From Nitrospirota bacterium (lineage in GTDB: Bacteria > Nitrospirota > UBA9217), in assembly GCA_963741205.1 (NCBI GenBank), contig CAVUHW010000020.1, forward strand, positions 256,001 to 320,000: 64,000 nt of DNA. The letters run 5' to 3'. Shown in pieces: positions 1-10,683 of this stretch (positions are counted from its first letter, which is position 1; each line of letters starts with the position of its first letter). Below the pieces are notes generated by a model. It was not told where the DNA came from and did no database searches. It was given only the letters and a program-made list of their open reading frames with translations. Made by a program: the position numbers and the translations under genes.

Positions 1-672
1 CTCAACGAAGCTCATGTCCCGGTGCTTTGCAAGCTCGCTGATCTTCTCAAGCTTGATGATGCGGAGGTTCTTGCGCTTTGCAAGGATGGATACGGCCCCT
101 TCCTCGTAATCAGGAGCGGCAACGACCTCGAGATAGTTCGCATTCGCCATCTCGGCGGTCTGTTTATCCATGGGCCGGTTCACGACCAGGCATCCGCCGA
201 ACGCGGCGATGCGGTCGGCCATGTTCGCCCGGTCATAGGCCTCGGCGATCGTTTTGCCGTAGGCAACGCCGCAGGGGTTGTTGTGCTTCATGATGGCCGC
301 GGCAGGACGGTCCATCAGGAACTTCAGGATATTGAGCGCATTGTCGAGATCGGTGAAGTTCGTCTTGCCGGGATGTTTTCCGGCCTGGAGCATCTGCTCC
401 TCGGTGATGGCGCTCACGAGGCCGTTGCCGGGCTCGATGAACTTTACGCCTGCCAGAACGAGGTTCCCGTTCACGAGCTGGTACATGGCGGCCTGCTGGT
501 CGGGGTTATCGCCGTACCTCAGGCCTTTCTCGATCAGTTCTCCCGTACCTTCATCAGCCAGCTTCCATGCCCGTTTCCGGTAGACCAGTTTCTGGTCGCC
601 GAAGGTGATGGTCATCTCCGGCGGGAAATTGTCGGACATGATGGTTTTGTACATTTTTTTCAGATCTGACAT
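1..672 (-). CDS. purH: PurH-family AICAR transformylase/IMP cyclohydrolase-type protein (3' end runs off the window)
   Basis: Manual translation MSDLKKMYKT...GLRYGDNPDQQAA...IMKHNNPCG...AAFGGC...YLEVVAAPDY; GGAGG SD upstream. Confidence 0.8.
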   Translation of the reverse strand, partial: MSDLKKMYKTIMSDNFPPEMTITFGDQKLVYRKRAWKLADEGTGELIEKGLRYGDNPDQQAAMYQLVNGNLVLAGVKFIEPGNGLVSAITEEQMLQAGKHPGKTNFTDLDNALNILKFLMDRPAAAIMKHNNPCGVAYGKTIAEAYDRANMADRIAAFGGCLVVNRPMDKQTAEMANANYLEVVAAPDYEEGAVSILAKRKNLRIIKLEKISELAKHRDMSFVE

Positions 673-684
673 GAAGACCTCCTA

Positions 685-768
685 GAATAGTCGATAGTCA
701 TGAGTCGGCAGTCATCAGTCAAGAGCTTTCGACTAGTCGACTGTCGACTATCTGACTGCTCGACTGTA
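685..768. repeat. Inverted array of ~7-mer repeats
   Basis: tcgatag tcatgag tcggcag tcatcag ... ctagtcga ctgtcga ctatctga ctgctcga. Confidence 0.7.
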
Positions 769-769
769 T

Positions 770-1674
770 CTAAACTTTATCCACGGACTTTTGCCCGAAC
801 AGTCCCGCCGGTCGAATGACGAGCGTAATGATCAGGACGACGAAGGCAAAGGCGTCTTTATACACGCTCGAAACGTAGCTTGCGCCGAAGTTCTCGATGA
901 GACCGAGCATGAAGCCTCCGAGCATGGCGCCGGGAATGCTCCCGATCCCTCCGAGGACCGCCGCGGTGAATGCCTTGATGCCGGCGAGATATCCCATGAA
1001 GAAGTGCACCACGCCGTAATAGAGCGTGACCATCACGCCCGCCACGGCCGCGAGCGCCGACCCGATCATGAAGGTCACGGAAATGACCTGGTTGATGTCG
1101 ATCCCCACGAGGCCCGCCATGACGCGGTCCTGCGAGGTGGCGCGCATGGCCTTGCCGAGCCTGGTTTTCGAGACGAAGAGATGAAGAACAATCATGAGCA
1201 GGACCGACGCGCTCAGGATGAAGATCTGCGCGGGCGATACGTTCGCGCCGAAGACGGTCAAGTCCTTCGGAGGGGAGCATCGGCGGAAGGTTCTTGTACT
1301 CCTTGCCCTGGGCGAGCATGACGACGTTCTGGAGGATGATCGACATGCCCACGGCGCTGATGAGCGGCGCCAGTTTTGTGGCGTTCCTGAGCGGCCGGTA
1401 GGCGATCCGTTCGATCACAGCGCCGTAGGCTGCGCAAAAAGCCATGGACACGAGCACCGTGACCAGGAGCGAAAGAGGCAGGCTGTAGGCCGTCAGTCCC
1501 AGCGCGGTCAAGCACCCCGAGGACGATGATCCCCAGATAGGCCCCGAGCATGTACACCTCGCCGTGGGCGAAGTTGATGAGCTGGAGGATGCCGTAGACC
1601 ATGGTGTACCCCAGCGCGATGAGCGCATACACCGCGCCGAGGGCCAGGCCGTTGATGAGCTGTTGGGTGAACAT
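770..1674 (-). CDS. livH: Branched-chain amino acid ABC permease (frameshifted in this sequence)
   Basis: [39 protein letters not shown] and [13 protein letters not shown] lie in successive frames. Confidence 0.9.
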
Positions 1675-1685
1675 GATTACTAATA

Positions 1686-1797
1686 AAGTAGGAAGTAAGG
1701 AAGATACGAGGGTAAGAAAGAAACATCGGAGTGCTGATCTTCCTTACCTTCCTTACTTCTTCCTTCTTCCTTCTCACCTCTACCTTCCTACTTTCTG
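1686..1797. repeat. Inverted purine/pyrimidine 7-9-mer repeat array
   Basis: aagtagg aagtaagg ... cttccttac cttccttac ttcttcc ttcttcc. Confidence 0.65.
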
Positions 1798-1799
1798 AT

Positions 1800-2902
1800 T
1801 TACTGCACTTCCACGAACTTCCCGTCCTTGACCTGCCAGATCACATAGGGCGCCTTGGTCACGTCGCCGTGCTCGTCGAACGAGATATCCCCGAAGGCCC
1901 CGTGAAACGTCGTCTTCGCTATATATTCGGCGATCTTGGCGCCGTCCGTCGATCCCGTCTGGGCAATGGCGGTCAGGATGATATTCGCCGCATCATAGGA
2001 ATAGATCGAATACGGTCCCGGGTCGCCGTATTTGGCCTTATATTTCTGCATGAACGACTGAGCCGACGCAAGCCCGGCCGGCTCCTTGCCGAAAGTTACG
2101 TAGGTCCCCTCGGCCGCCTTGCCCGCTATGCTGATGAACGTCGGATCATACACTCCGTCGCCCGTGATCATGGGTATGTTCAGCCCTATTTCCTTTGCCT
2201 GCCTGCACCAGCCTGCCGGCCTCGGGATAGATGCCTCCGAAGAAGTACAGGTCGGGTTTGTTTTCCTTGATCGTCGTGAGCACCGCCTTGTAATCGGGGT
2301 CGCGCTGAATGATGCCGCCGTAATAGACCACGGTCGCCCTGTCGCCGAGCGCCTTTTTGAAATAATCGGCCAGCCCCTGGCCATAGGCCGTCTTGTCGTG
2401 GATGATCGCCACGCGCCTGGGATGGAGCTTATTCAGAACAAACTCGGCGGCAATGCGGCCCTGCTGGTCATCGGTGCCGCATACCCGGAAGACCCGTTTG
2501 AACCCCTGCCGGGTGAGCTGCGGATTCGTGGTTGCCGGAGAGATCATGACGATGTTCGCGTCATTGATAGTATTTCGAAGCGGGAATGGAACAGCTCGAG
2601 TTCCAGTGGCCGACGACGGCCGCCGCTTTCTGGTTGATGAACTTGTTCGCGATGGACACCGCCTGCTTGGGGTCCGCCTGGTCGTCCCCGGCCAGGAGGA
2701 CGATCTTCTTCCCCAGGACGCCGCCCTTCTCGTTCCATTCCGCAACGGCGAGCTCCGCGGCGTTCTTCAGGTCCATGCCCATCTTGCTCTGGTCGCCGGT
2801 CATGGGGCCTGCCGCGCCGATCCTGATGACGTTCTCCTCCTGACGGACACAGCCTGACAGTATGACAAAGAGAATCGATGAGATGACGATGAGTTTTTTC
2901 AC
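1800..2902 (-). CDS. livK: Branched-chain amino acid ABC substrate-binding lipoprotein (frameshifted)
   Basis: Lipobox ILSGC; GPMTGDQS, GDDQADPKQA, ISPATTNP, HDKTAYGQGLAD, YSYDAA spread over three ORF fragments. Confidence 0.88.
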
Positions 2903-2934
2903 GTTTGACCTCCTGGTCTCTGCAATTCCCGCAT

Positions 2935-3552
2935 TCAGTCTCCCGGATGATCCGGATCATCTCTTCCGCCGCGCGTCCGATGTCCGGGGCTGAAAGCACC
3001 GCCGAGATCACGGCCGCGCCGTCCGCACCGGCCCGTATCACATCCGCGACATTCGCGTGATTGATGCCGCCGATGGCGATGACCGGGATCGAGACCGACT
3101 GCCGTATGAGGGCGAGGTTCCCGGTCCCCTGCGTTGCTCCGGCTTCCTTCGTCGTGGTGTCGAAAGATAGGCCCAAACCCGATATAGTCGGCCCCCGCCT
3201 CTTCCGCCGCCCTGGCCTGCTCGATGCTGTGGGTCGAGATGCCGATGATCTTGTCGCTGCCCAGAAGCCTTCTCGCCGCTTCGATCGGCAGATCGTCCTG
3301 CCCGAGATGCACGCCGTCGGCATCCGCCGCCGCCGCGATGTCCGCGTGATCGTTCAGGATGAACAGCGCCTGCGACCGGCGGGCCACGGCCGCGAGCAGC
3401 CGCGCCGTTTCGTAAATCGTCCTTCTCGGACCGCTTTTGTTCCGGTACTGGAACAACCTGACGCCCGGCGGACAATGCCCGGGCCATTGCCGTTTCCGGG
3501 CCGGCGCGGAGAAGGTCCTGATCAAGGATCAGGCAAAGCCCTTTGAGATCAA
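2935..3552 (-). CDS. thiE: Thiamine-phosphate synthase (frameshifted; ends approximate)
   Basis: [37 protein letters not shown] motifs. Confidence 0.85.
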
Positions 3553-4896
3553 GCCGGCGAATTGAGGTACCGCTCCATGAATTTTGTCGAGATGTTGCCC
3601 GCCTGGAAGTCCGGGTCCGCGAGGATCTTCTTGTGCATGGGGATCGTCGTCTTCACGCCTTCGATGATGAACTCGTCAAGCGCGCGCTGCATGCGCATGA
3701 TCGCCTCTTCCCGCGTCGCCGCATGGACGATGAGCTTTGCGATCATCGAATCGTAATAGGGAGGGATCACGTACTGCGTGTACGCGGCGGTCTCCACCCG
3801 GACGCCGAGTCCGCCCGGAGGATTGAAGGCCGTGATGGTCCCGGGGGAAGGCGTAAACTTGTCCGGGTCCTCCGCGTTGATCCTGCACTCGATGCTGTGC
3901 CCTCTCACCGTAATCTGGTCCTGGCTGATCGAAAGCGGAAGTCCGGCCGCCACGCGGATCTGCTCCTTCACGAGGTCAATGCCGGTCACCATCTCGGTCA
4001 CCGGGTGCTCGACCTGGATGCGGGTATTCATCTCCATGAAGTAGAATTTTCTGTTCTCGTCCATGAGAAACTCGATCGTTCCGGCGTTCCGGTAGCGGAC
4101 CGCCTTCGCGATGGCCACGGCCATCTCGCCCATCTGTTTCCGCAGACCCGCGTCGACGATGACGGAAGGCGCTTCTTCGATGAGTTTCTGGTGCCTGCGC
4201 TGGATCGAGCACTCGCGCTCGCCGAGATAGACGGTATTGCCCTTTTCATCGGCCATGAGCTGTATCTCGATGTGGCGGGGCTGGAGGATATATTTTTCGA
4301 TATACACGTCGGCATTGCTGAACGACGCAAGCGCTTCGGCCTGGGCCATGACAAAGGCATTGGCGAAATTCGCTTCTTCCATCACCACGCGCATGCCCTT
4401 GCCGCCGCCGCCCGCCGCCGCCTTCACGATCACGGGAAAACCGAGTTCCCTCGCGATCTCAATGGCGCTGCTCTCTTCGGTCACGACGCCGTCGCTGCCG
4501 GGCAGCACCGGCACGCCCGCCTTCTGCGCGGTCTCCCGGGCCTTGGCCTTGTCGCCCATGAGTTTGATGCTTTCCGGGCTGGGTCCGATGAACCGCAGGC
4601 CCGTGGAATTGCAGACCTCGGCGAAGCTGGCGTTCTCGGCCAGAAACCCGTAGCCGGGGTGGATGGCCTCGGTATCGGTGATCTCCGCAGCGCTGATGAT
4701 GCTCGGGAACGTTCAGGTAGCTGTCGGCGCTTTTCGGCGGACCGATGCACACGCTCTGGTCGGCAAAGCGCACATGGAGCGAGTTGGCGTCAGCCGTCGA
4801 ATGGACCGCAACGGTCTTGATGCCCATCTCCTTGCAGGCACGGATGATCCGGAGCGCGATCTCGCCGCGGTTGGCTATCAGAATTTTTTTAAACAC
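3549..4896 (-). CDS. accC: Acetyl-CoA carboxylase biotin carboxylase (one frameshift near 4710)
   Basis: [56 protein letters not shown]. Confidence 0.95.
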
Positions 4897-4972
4897 CCAA
4901 ACACCTCAGATATTCTATTCTTTGCAGGACCTGCTATGGTCTCGAATCTCATCGTTACGAGTTGCGCGTCGC

Positions 4973-5060
4973 GACCTGCACCCAGCGTTTACGAGCCTGT
5001 GGCCAGTGCCTATGAGTGCGCTGCGCGAATACAGGCCATGCGCCGCGCGAGTGCAGAGTG
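4973..5060. repeat. Structured dispersed element, copy A
   Basis: Aligns by eye with 61383-61468. Confidence 0.6.
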
Positions 5061-5115
5061 TTTAACCCGCAACCCGTAACCCGCAACCGCTTCTGGCTGC
5101 GGCTGGAGGCTGCGC

Positions 5116-5586
5116 TTACGCAGGTTCGATCACGAAGAGCGGCTGACCGTATTCCACGGGCTGCCCGTTTTCCACCAGGACCTGAACGATCTTGCCCGCG
5201 GATTCGGATTCGATCTCGTTCATGAGTTTCATGGCCTCGATGATGCAGAGCACCTGTCCTTTTTTCACTACAGCGCCTATTTCCACATAGGCCGGTTTAT
5301 CCGGAGAACTTGAGCGGTAGAACGTGCCGACAATGGGAGAGGTCACTTTGACCTCGTTCACCGTAGCCGGCTCCGCCGCCTTTCCGGCCTGAGGCTCGGG
5401 AACCTCGGTAACGGCGGGGGCGACAATGGCTGCCGGCGGGTACTCCATACGCGGCATGACGGGATGGAGTGTGACATCTCCGCCTTTTCTGAGACGCACC
5501 TTAACGCCGGAACGCTCGATTTCCAGCTCCGAGATGTCCGTATTCTTGAGCATCTCGATCAGTTCCTTGATTTCCTTAAGGTTCAT
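5116..5586 (-). CDS. accB: Biotin carboxyl carrier protein
   Basis: SPIVGTFY and the EAMKLMNEI biotinylation motif. Confidence 0.96.
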   Translation of the reverse strand: MNLKEIKELIEMLKNTDISELEIERSGVKVRLRKGGDVTLHPVMPRMEYPPAAIVAPAVTEVPEPQAGKAAEPATVNEVKVTSPIVGTFYRSSSPDKPAYVEIGAVVKKGQVLCIIEAMKLMNEIESESAGKIVQVLVENGQPVEYGQPLFVIEPA

Positions 5587-5621
5587 GGTTGCTCCTTTGA
5601 CGCTTCATGAAGGACGGCGGA

Positions 5622-6188
5622 CTACTTCTTGACCCGCTCGATAAAGGTCCCCGTACGCGTGTCGACCTTGATCACGTCACCCTCATTCAGATAAAACGGC
5701 ACCTTGACCACGGCGCCTGTCTCCAGCGTTGCCGGTTTGGAACCACCTGACGCGGTGTCGCCCCGCACTCCCGGGTCGGTCTTGGCGATCGCGAGCTCGA
5801 CGAACATCGGCACCTCGATGTTGATGGGAGCTCCCTTGTGGTACAGGACCTTGATCTCCATGTTCTCCTTGAGATAACTGATGCTGTCGCCCAGTTGCAG
5901 TTCGGAGAGGGATACCTGCTCGTAGCTCGTCGTATCCATGAAGACGCGGTCCTTGTCCGCCGCGTAAAGATACTGCATTGTCTTCTCCTCCAGCTCGGGA
6001 ACATCGAGTTTTTCGCCCGCCCGGTACGTCCGGTCGATGACGTTCCCCGACCTGAGGCTTTTGATCTTGGTCCTCACGAATGCCCCGCCCTTGCCGGGCT
6101 TCACGTGCTGAAAATCCACGATCACATAAGGCTCTCCGTCAATTTCAATTTTCAATCCGGTTCTGAACTCCGTGGTAGATACAGGCAC
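5622..6188 (-). CDS. efp: Elongation factor P
   Basis: HVKPGKGGAFVRTK, PGVRGDT, KPATLETG. Confidence 0.97.
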   Translation of the reverse strand: MPVSTTEFRTGLKIEIDGEPYVIVDFQHVKPGKGGAFVRTKIKSLRSGNVIDRTYRAGEKLDVPELEEKTMQYLYAADKDRVFMDTTSYEQVSLSELQLGDSISYLKENMEIKVLYHKGAPINIEVPMFVELAIAKTDPGVRGDTASGGSKPATLETGAVVKVPFYLNEGDVIKVDTRTGTFIERVKK

Positions 6189-6273
6189 CTTCTACTACCT
6201 CCCTTTCATTCTTACAGGCTAAAAGTATTGTATTACAAATATCAGTAAAACTTTAGACAAGAACTTCCGTACT

Positions 6274-7359
6274 CTACAAATTCTTTAAGCTCTCCAGCCC
6301 TCTGGGCAGCGTAGTCAGCACTTTTACGCCGTCGTCCGTCGCCAGGACCATGTCTTCAATCCTTACTCCGCCCCATCCGGGGATATAGACGCCCGGCTCG
6401 ACGGTAAAGACCATCCCCTGCTCGACACTGTCCTTTGACAGGGGCGATACTGACGGGCCTTCATGCACCATGAGGCCGATGCCATGGCCCGTTCCATGGC
6501 CGAAGTGCGCTCCATGACCGGCCCTTCTGATGACCTCGCGCGCGGCATCGTCCACGGATTTACAGCTCACGCCCGGGCGGACGCTCTTCATTGCCGATTC
6601 CTGGGCCGTCCGAACAAGTTCATGGATCTCCCTCTGCCTGGCCGTAGGCCGGCCGATGCAGATGGTCCGCGTAATATCGCAGCAATATCCGTTGGCTTCC
6701 GCACCGAAATCGATGGTCACGAGGTCGCCTTTCCTGATGCGCCGGCTGGTGACCGATGCATGGGGCATCGCTCCGTTGCCCGCAGACGCGACGATGGTAT
6801 CAAAGGCAGCCCTGCGGGCCCCTTTGTCCCGCATAAGATATTCGAGCTTGAGCGCGAGTTCCCGCTCGGTTGCGCCCGGTTTGAGGAACTGTTTCAGCTC
6901 CCGGAACGATTCTTCCGCCCTCCGGATTGCCAGCCGGATATGGGAGAGTTCGTGACGGTCCTTGCGGAGCCGGAGTTCGCGCACCAGGTCCCGGTGCTCC
7001 CTGACGCGGAGCCCGCTTTTTTTTAGTTTCTTAAGCACTTCGATCGTGAGCGAGGACTCGTCATGCCAGAGCGTATCTACTCCCATTCGGTCGGCCACGA
7101 GACGGAGGGCGGTATAAAAATCCTTTTTCTGGATGACAACCGCAACCCCGTCGGTCTCCCTGCGCGACTGCAGCTGGTACCGGAAATCAGTTATCAGGCA
7201 GGGTCTTCCCGAAGCGACGAGGAGAGATCCCGCCGAACCGGTAAAGCCAGTCAGGTACCGGACATCCTCGCGCCGCGTCACGAGGAGGGACTTGATGCCA
7301 TCGGCCTTCATGAGTTGCTTGAGCCGCGCGAGACGATCGTGCTCCGGTCTTTTTTTCAT
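6274..7359 (-). CDS. Xaa-Pro aminopeptidase (M24)
   Basis: [33 protein letters not shown]. Confidence 0.92.
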   Translation of the reverse strand: MKKRPEHDRLARLKQLMKADGIKSLLVTRREDVRYLTGFTGSAGSLLVASGRPCLITDFRYQLQSRRETDGVAVVIQKKDFYTALRLVADRMGVDTLWHDESSLTIEVLKKLKKSGLRVREHRDLVRELRLRKDRHELSHIRLAIRRAEESFRELKQFLKPGATERELALKLEYLMRDKGARRAAFDTIVASAGNGAMPHASVTSRRIRKGDLVTIDFGAEANGYCCDITRTICIGRPTARQREIHELVRTAQESAMKSVRPGVSCKSVDDAAREVIRRAGHGAHFGHGTGHGIGLMVHEGPSVSPLSKDSVEQGMVFTVEPGVYIPGWGGVRIEDMVLATDDGVKVLTTLPRGLESLKNL

Positions 7360-7805
7360 TTCTTTTTTCCGCTGGTTGAGGATAAGGTGGCAGCCGCCCT
7401 GAGGGCGAGGAGGTAGCTTTCCGGTCCAAAACCGGATATTTGGCCGGCAGCGACGCCGGCTATATAAGAGCGTTTTCTGAAATCCTCCCGCTTGTAGATG
7501 TTGGAGATGTGCGTCTCGACGGTCGGAATGCCCGCCGATGAAATCGCGTCGCGGAGCGCAATGCTCGTGTGTGTATAAGCCCCGGGGTTGATCACGATGG
7601 CTTGATAGACGTCCATGGCGTCCTGGATTTTTTGGACCAACTCGCCTTCATGGTTCGACTGGAAAAAGGACACTTCCACGCCAAGCTCAGCCGCCAGCGC
7701 CGCAACGCTTTTGTTGATGTCGTCCAGAGTTATGGAACCGTAGACCTCGGGTTCACGCTTTCCGAGCAGATTAAGGTTCGGCCCGTTGATGATCAGGATC
7801 TTCAT
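7356..7805 (-). CDS. aroQ: Type II 3-dehydroquinate dehydratase
   Basis: [33 protein letters not shown]. Confidence 0.96.
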   Translation of the reverse strand: MKILIINGPNLNLLGKREPEVYGSITLDDINKSVAALAAELGVEVSFFQSNHEGELVQKIQDAMDVYQAIVINPGAYTHTSIALRDAISSAGIPTVETHISNIYKREDFRKRSYIAGVAAGQISGFGPESYLLALRAAATLSSTSGKKK

Positions 7806-7878
7806 GCCACCCCCTGAAAATAAAAAACTGCCTGGGGCAGTTTAGAATACCAAAAGAACCGGGGAAATGCCCTCGTCA

Positions 7879-8235
7879 TCAGAACTCCTTCAGCAGCTTG
7901 GGCGCCGACATCCTGAGCAGGAATCTCCCCTTGCCGAAGTTGCCGTCAGGCTTGATGATGAGAACGAAAAAATATTCTTCATTCAGCCTTCGGAGCATGA
8001 TCATGGCCTTGTCCGCAATAACCGAGACTTCCCGGGTGGAGCCCATTTGCGATGCCTGTGAACCTTTTTCTATCTCCTTGAGAAGCGCAGAGAACTCGAC
8101 CGTCATGGATTGGATGTCCATCCCGTCGCCGACAGAATATTCTTCCACCGGGATGCCGTCGAGCCCTACGATGACGGCGCCGAGCGCCCCTTCCGTGCCG
8201 TGGACGACTTCTTGTAAGATATCGGAAAAGGACAT
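7879..8235 (-). CDS. Roadblock/LC7 (MglB-like) protein
   Basis: 118 aa; GALGAVIVGLDGIPV and GNFGKGRFLLR. Confidence 0.8.
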   Translation of the reverse strand: MSFSDILQEVVHGTEGALGAVIVGLDGIPVEEYSVGDGMDIQSMTVEFSALLKEIEKGSQASQMGSTREVSVIADKAMIMLRRLNEEYFFVLIIKPDGNFGKGRFLLRMSAPKLLKEF

Positions 8236-9768
8236 CTAGATCTCCTTTTTGATGTTCTTAAGCCAGTGTTCAAGACGATCGATTATCTCTTTACGGGCTA
8301 CCCCGGACTGTTTCGACTCAGCCGACCCTGCTGCTACCCTCGTCTTTTGAAACTCCTCGGCCGGCGCAATATACTCCTGCGGTGTAAAATCGGAAGGTAC
8401 GGTCCCTGCCCGCGTGAACTTCTCTTCCGGCGGGTTCAGGACGGCATCAAAATATTTTTCTTCATCTGCCGCTCCGGCGGTCGCACCAGGTTCCGGAGGC
8501 GGAGGGGTATACTCTTTTGGCTCTCCGAAGCGGGTATCCTCTCCCCTTGCGCCCGCTGCATCCGGTTGGGTCTCCTCCGGTACGGCGATCTGTTCAGCCT
8601 CAAGGGTGATCTCTTCTTCTGCGGTGTCCTTCGTGACGGCGGGGATATCTTCCTGAACCTCGGCAAAAATATTTGCGTCAATCTCCGCTTCGAGCGTATC
8701 GTTGCCTTCTCGTGGCGGTTGAGGAGTTTTGAAGGAAGCAGCCAGGGATCTCACTCGTTCAAGTTTATGTTTGAGGCCCCTGCTGTCGGGACGGTCGGCC
8801 AGCATCCGTTCATAAATATCGATCGCCTTTTCATAAAATCCCTGTGCGATGTACAGCTCAGCTAGCGTATCGGTCGTAAAATCATCGGATAAACCCCAGG
8901 CCCGTTCAGCTGTCGCTTCCGGTCTGGGCGGGGCGGCGGTAATTTCCTCGTGAGGAACGCCCCCTTCGGATTCTTCAGCGGGAAACATTTCTGTTTCCCT
9001 CAGAAGATTTTGTTCCTCCGAAGGCGGCCCGGGCGTTTCCCCGGGTGAAACTTCTTCCTCAAGCGGTTCGACAAAAAGAACTTCCTCGGCCTCCTCGGGT
9101 TCCGCGGGCATGACCGTCGAAGGGGGGGGCTGATCAACTTCTGCGAATACCGCCCCTTCTTCCGCCGCAACCGGCGAGGTCGCTTCTTCCTTTGATCCGG
9201 GTTCCGTCGTTTTTCCTTCCCCGGTCCCCGCCGCTACTCCCGGTGTTTCCGCTTTTGTGGCCTCCGCGGCCGTTTGTTGGAGAACGGGCCTCTGCTCAGA
9301 TGTTACGTCAGGCCCGGGAGGAGATACGGCCTTTTGCTGCAAAAGCCGCGGACTGACATCAAGTCCCGACTCAAGGTCCGATACGAGGGAGGAGATCTCT
9401 GCGTCTCCGGGGTTTAAGGAATGAGCTGTTTTATAATATTTAAGCGCCTCGGTCTGATTGCCGAGCAAGATATGCAGGTCGCCAAGTTTTTTTTGGGCCA
9501 GGAGGTTATCCGGCACGGCCTTGACCACCTCTTCAAACTCTCTCCGGGCAGAAGCCATGTCCCCCATGTCGAACAGCAGTCTGCCGAGGAAAGACCGTGC
9601 CGTCACATATCCCGGATTGTTTTTAAGGCCTTCCGAAAGCACATGGATAGCCATTTCAATGTCACCGCATCTTTTGTACTCCTCTGCAAGAGGTACAAAA
9701 AGCTTTGACTTGGGATCCCTTGAAATACGCTCCGTCAACTTAGCTATTTCGGAGGTGTTTTTATCCAT
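8236..9768 (-). CDS. TPR protein with long acidic low-complexity linkers
   Basis: N-terminal TPRs (FVPLAEEY...), internal TDTLAELYIAQG TPR, E/P/A-rich linkers. Confidence 0.8.
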   Translation of the reverse strand: MDKNTSEIAKLTERISRDPKSKLFVPLAEEYKRCGDIEMAIHVLSEGLKNNPGYVTARSFLGRLLFDMGDMASARREFEEVVKAVPDNLLAQKKLGDLHILLGNQTEALKYYKTAHSLNPGDAEISSLVSDLESGLDVSPRLLQQKAVSPPGPDVTSEQRPVLQQTAAEATKAETPGVAAGTGEGKTTEPGSKEEATSPVAAEEGAVFAEVDQPPPSTVMPAEPEEAEEVLFVEPLEEEVSPGETPGPPSEEQNLLRETEMFPAEESEGGVPHEEITAAPPRPEATAERAWGLSDDFTTDTLAELYIAQGFYEKAIDIYERMLADRPDSRGLKHKLERVRSLAASFKTPQPPREGNDTLEAEIDANIFAEVQEDIPAVTKDTAEEEITLEAEQIAVPEETQPDAAGARGEDTRFGEPKEYTPPPPEPGATAGAADEEKYFDAVLNPPEEKFTRAGTVPSDFTPQEYIAPAEEFQKTRVAAGSAESKQSGVARKEIIDRLEHWLKNIKKEI

Positions 9769-10068
9769 GGAATTTTCTTGTGTTATCAAATCGATGCGGA
9801 AAAATTCTACCAAAAACAGAGGTTAAAAGTCAAGGTAATACTTTCCCCAATCGATATAACTGCCTGTTTTTTTCGTAAAAAGAAGGCGTGGCTCAGATTT
9901 TACGCTCTTATCGTTACAAAACGTCTAAGATAGACCATTTGTCACCGGACTACGTCTAAATTGACCGGAGTTCTCGGTTTTTCATAGTAGAATAAAGGCT
10001 TGTGAGGACGAGAAACTACAACACAAAAAGCAGTCGTTCCGAAAATATTTATCTTCCAGAAAATGTTT

Positions 10069-10611
10069 CTATGTCCGGATGCACATTTCGGCTCCCTGCT
10101 TCAATGCCGCTTCATTGAGAGGGATAAGAGCATGCCTGCGGGCGGGAAGTACCTGCTTAAGCGCGGATAAAACCGAATCCAGGGACACGACGCCTGTCTC
10201 TTCGAGAAAAGCGCCGAGTATCACCATATTCGCAATACGGATGTCGCCCAACGCCTCGGCGATGCCGGTTGCGCGCACCTCTATGCGGCTGATATCGGGA
10301 CGCGATGACGGAGCCTGTACAAGGGAGGTGTTTAGGAAAAGGCGGCCGCCCTTTTCGATCCTCTTCTCGAATTTAATAAATGACGCTTCATTCAGAATTA
10401 TCATGGCCGAGGGATGCTGCACCACAGGAGATCCGATTTCCCCGCTGGAGATAATAACCGTACAATTCGCCGTTCCGCCTCGGATCTCTGCCCCATAGGA
10501 GGGAAACCACGTCACGCGCCTGCCCTCGAGCATTCCGGCGTAAGCAAGCAGTTTTCCGGCAACCAGCACCCCTTGACCCCCGAAGCCCGCTATCATCACG
10601 TCCTGATACAT
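10069..10611 (-). CDS. 2-oxoacid:ferredoxin oxidoreductase gamma subunit
   Basis: IAGFGGQGV, PSYGAEIRGGTANC, ANMVILGA. Confidence 0.92.
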   Translation of the reverse strand: MYQDVMIAGFGGQGVLVAGKLLAYAGMLEGRRVTWFPSYGAEIRGGTANCTVIISSGEIGSPVVQHPSAMIILNEASFIKFEKRIEKGGRLFLNTSLVQAPSSRPDISRIEVRATGIAEALGDIRIANMVILGAFLEETGVVSLDSVLSALKQVLPARRHALIPLNEAALKQGAEMCIRT

Positions 10612-10683
10612 AAGACCTCGCTATCAGATTGCCGATTTCGAATTTTAATAAGCCCTCATTCCCCATGCCGCAGTGCGTCATTG

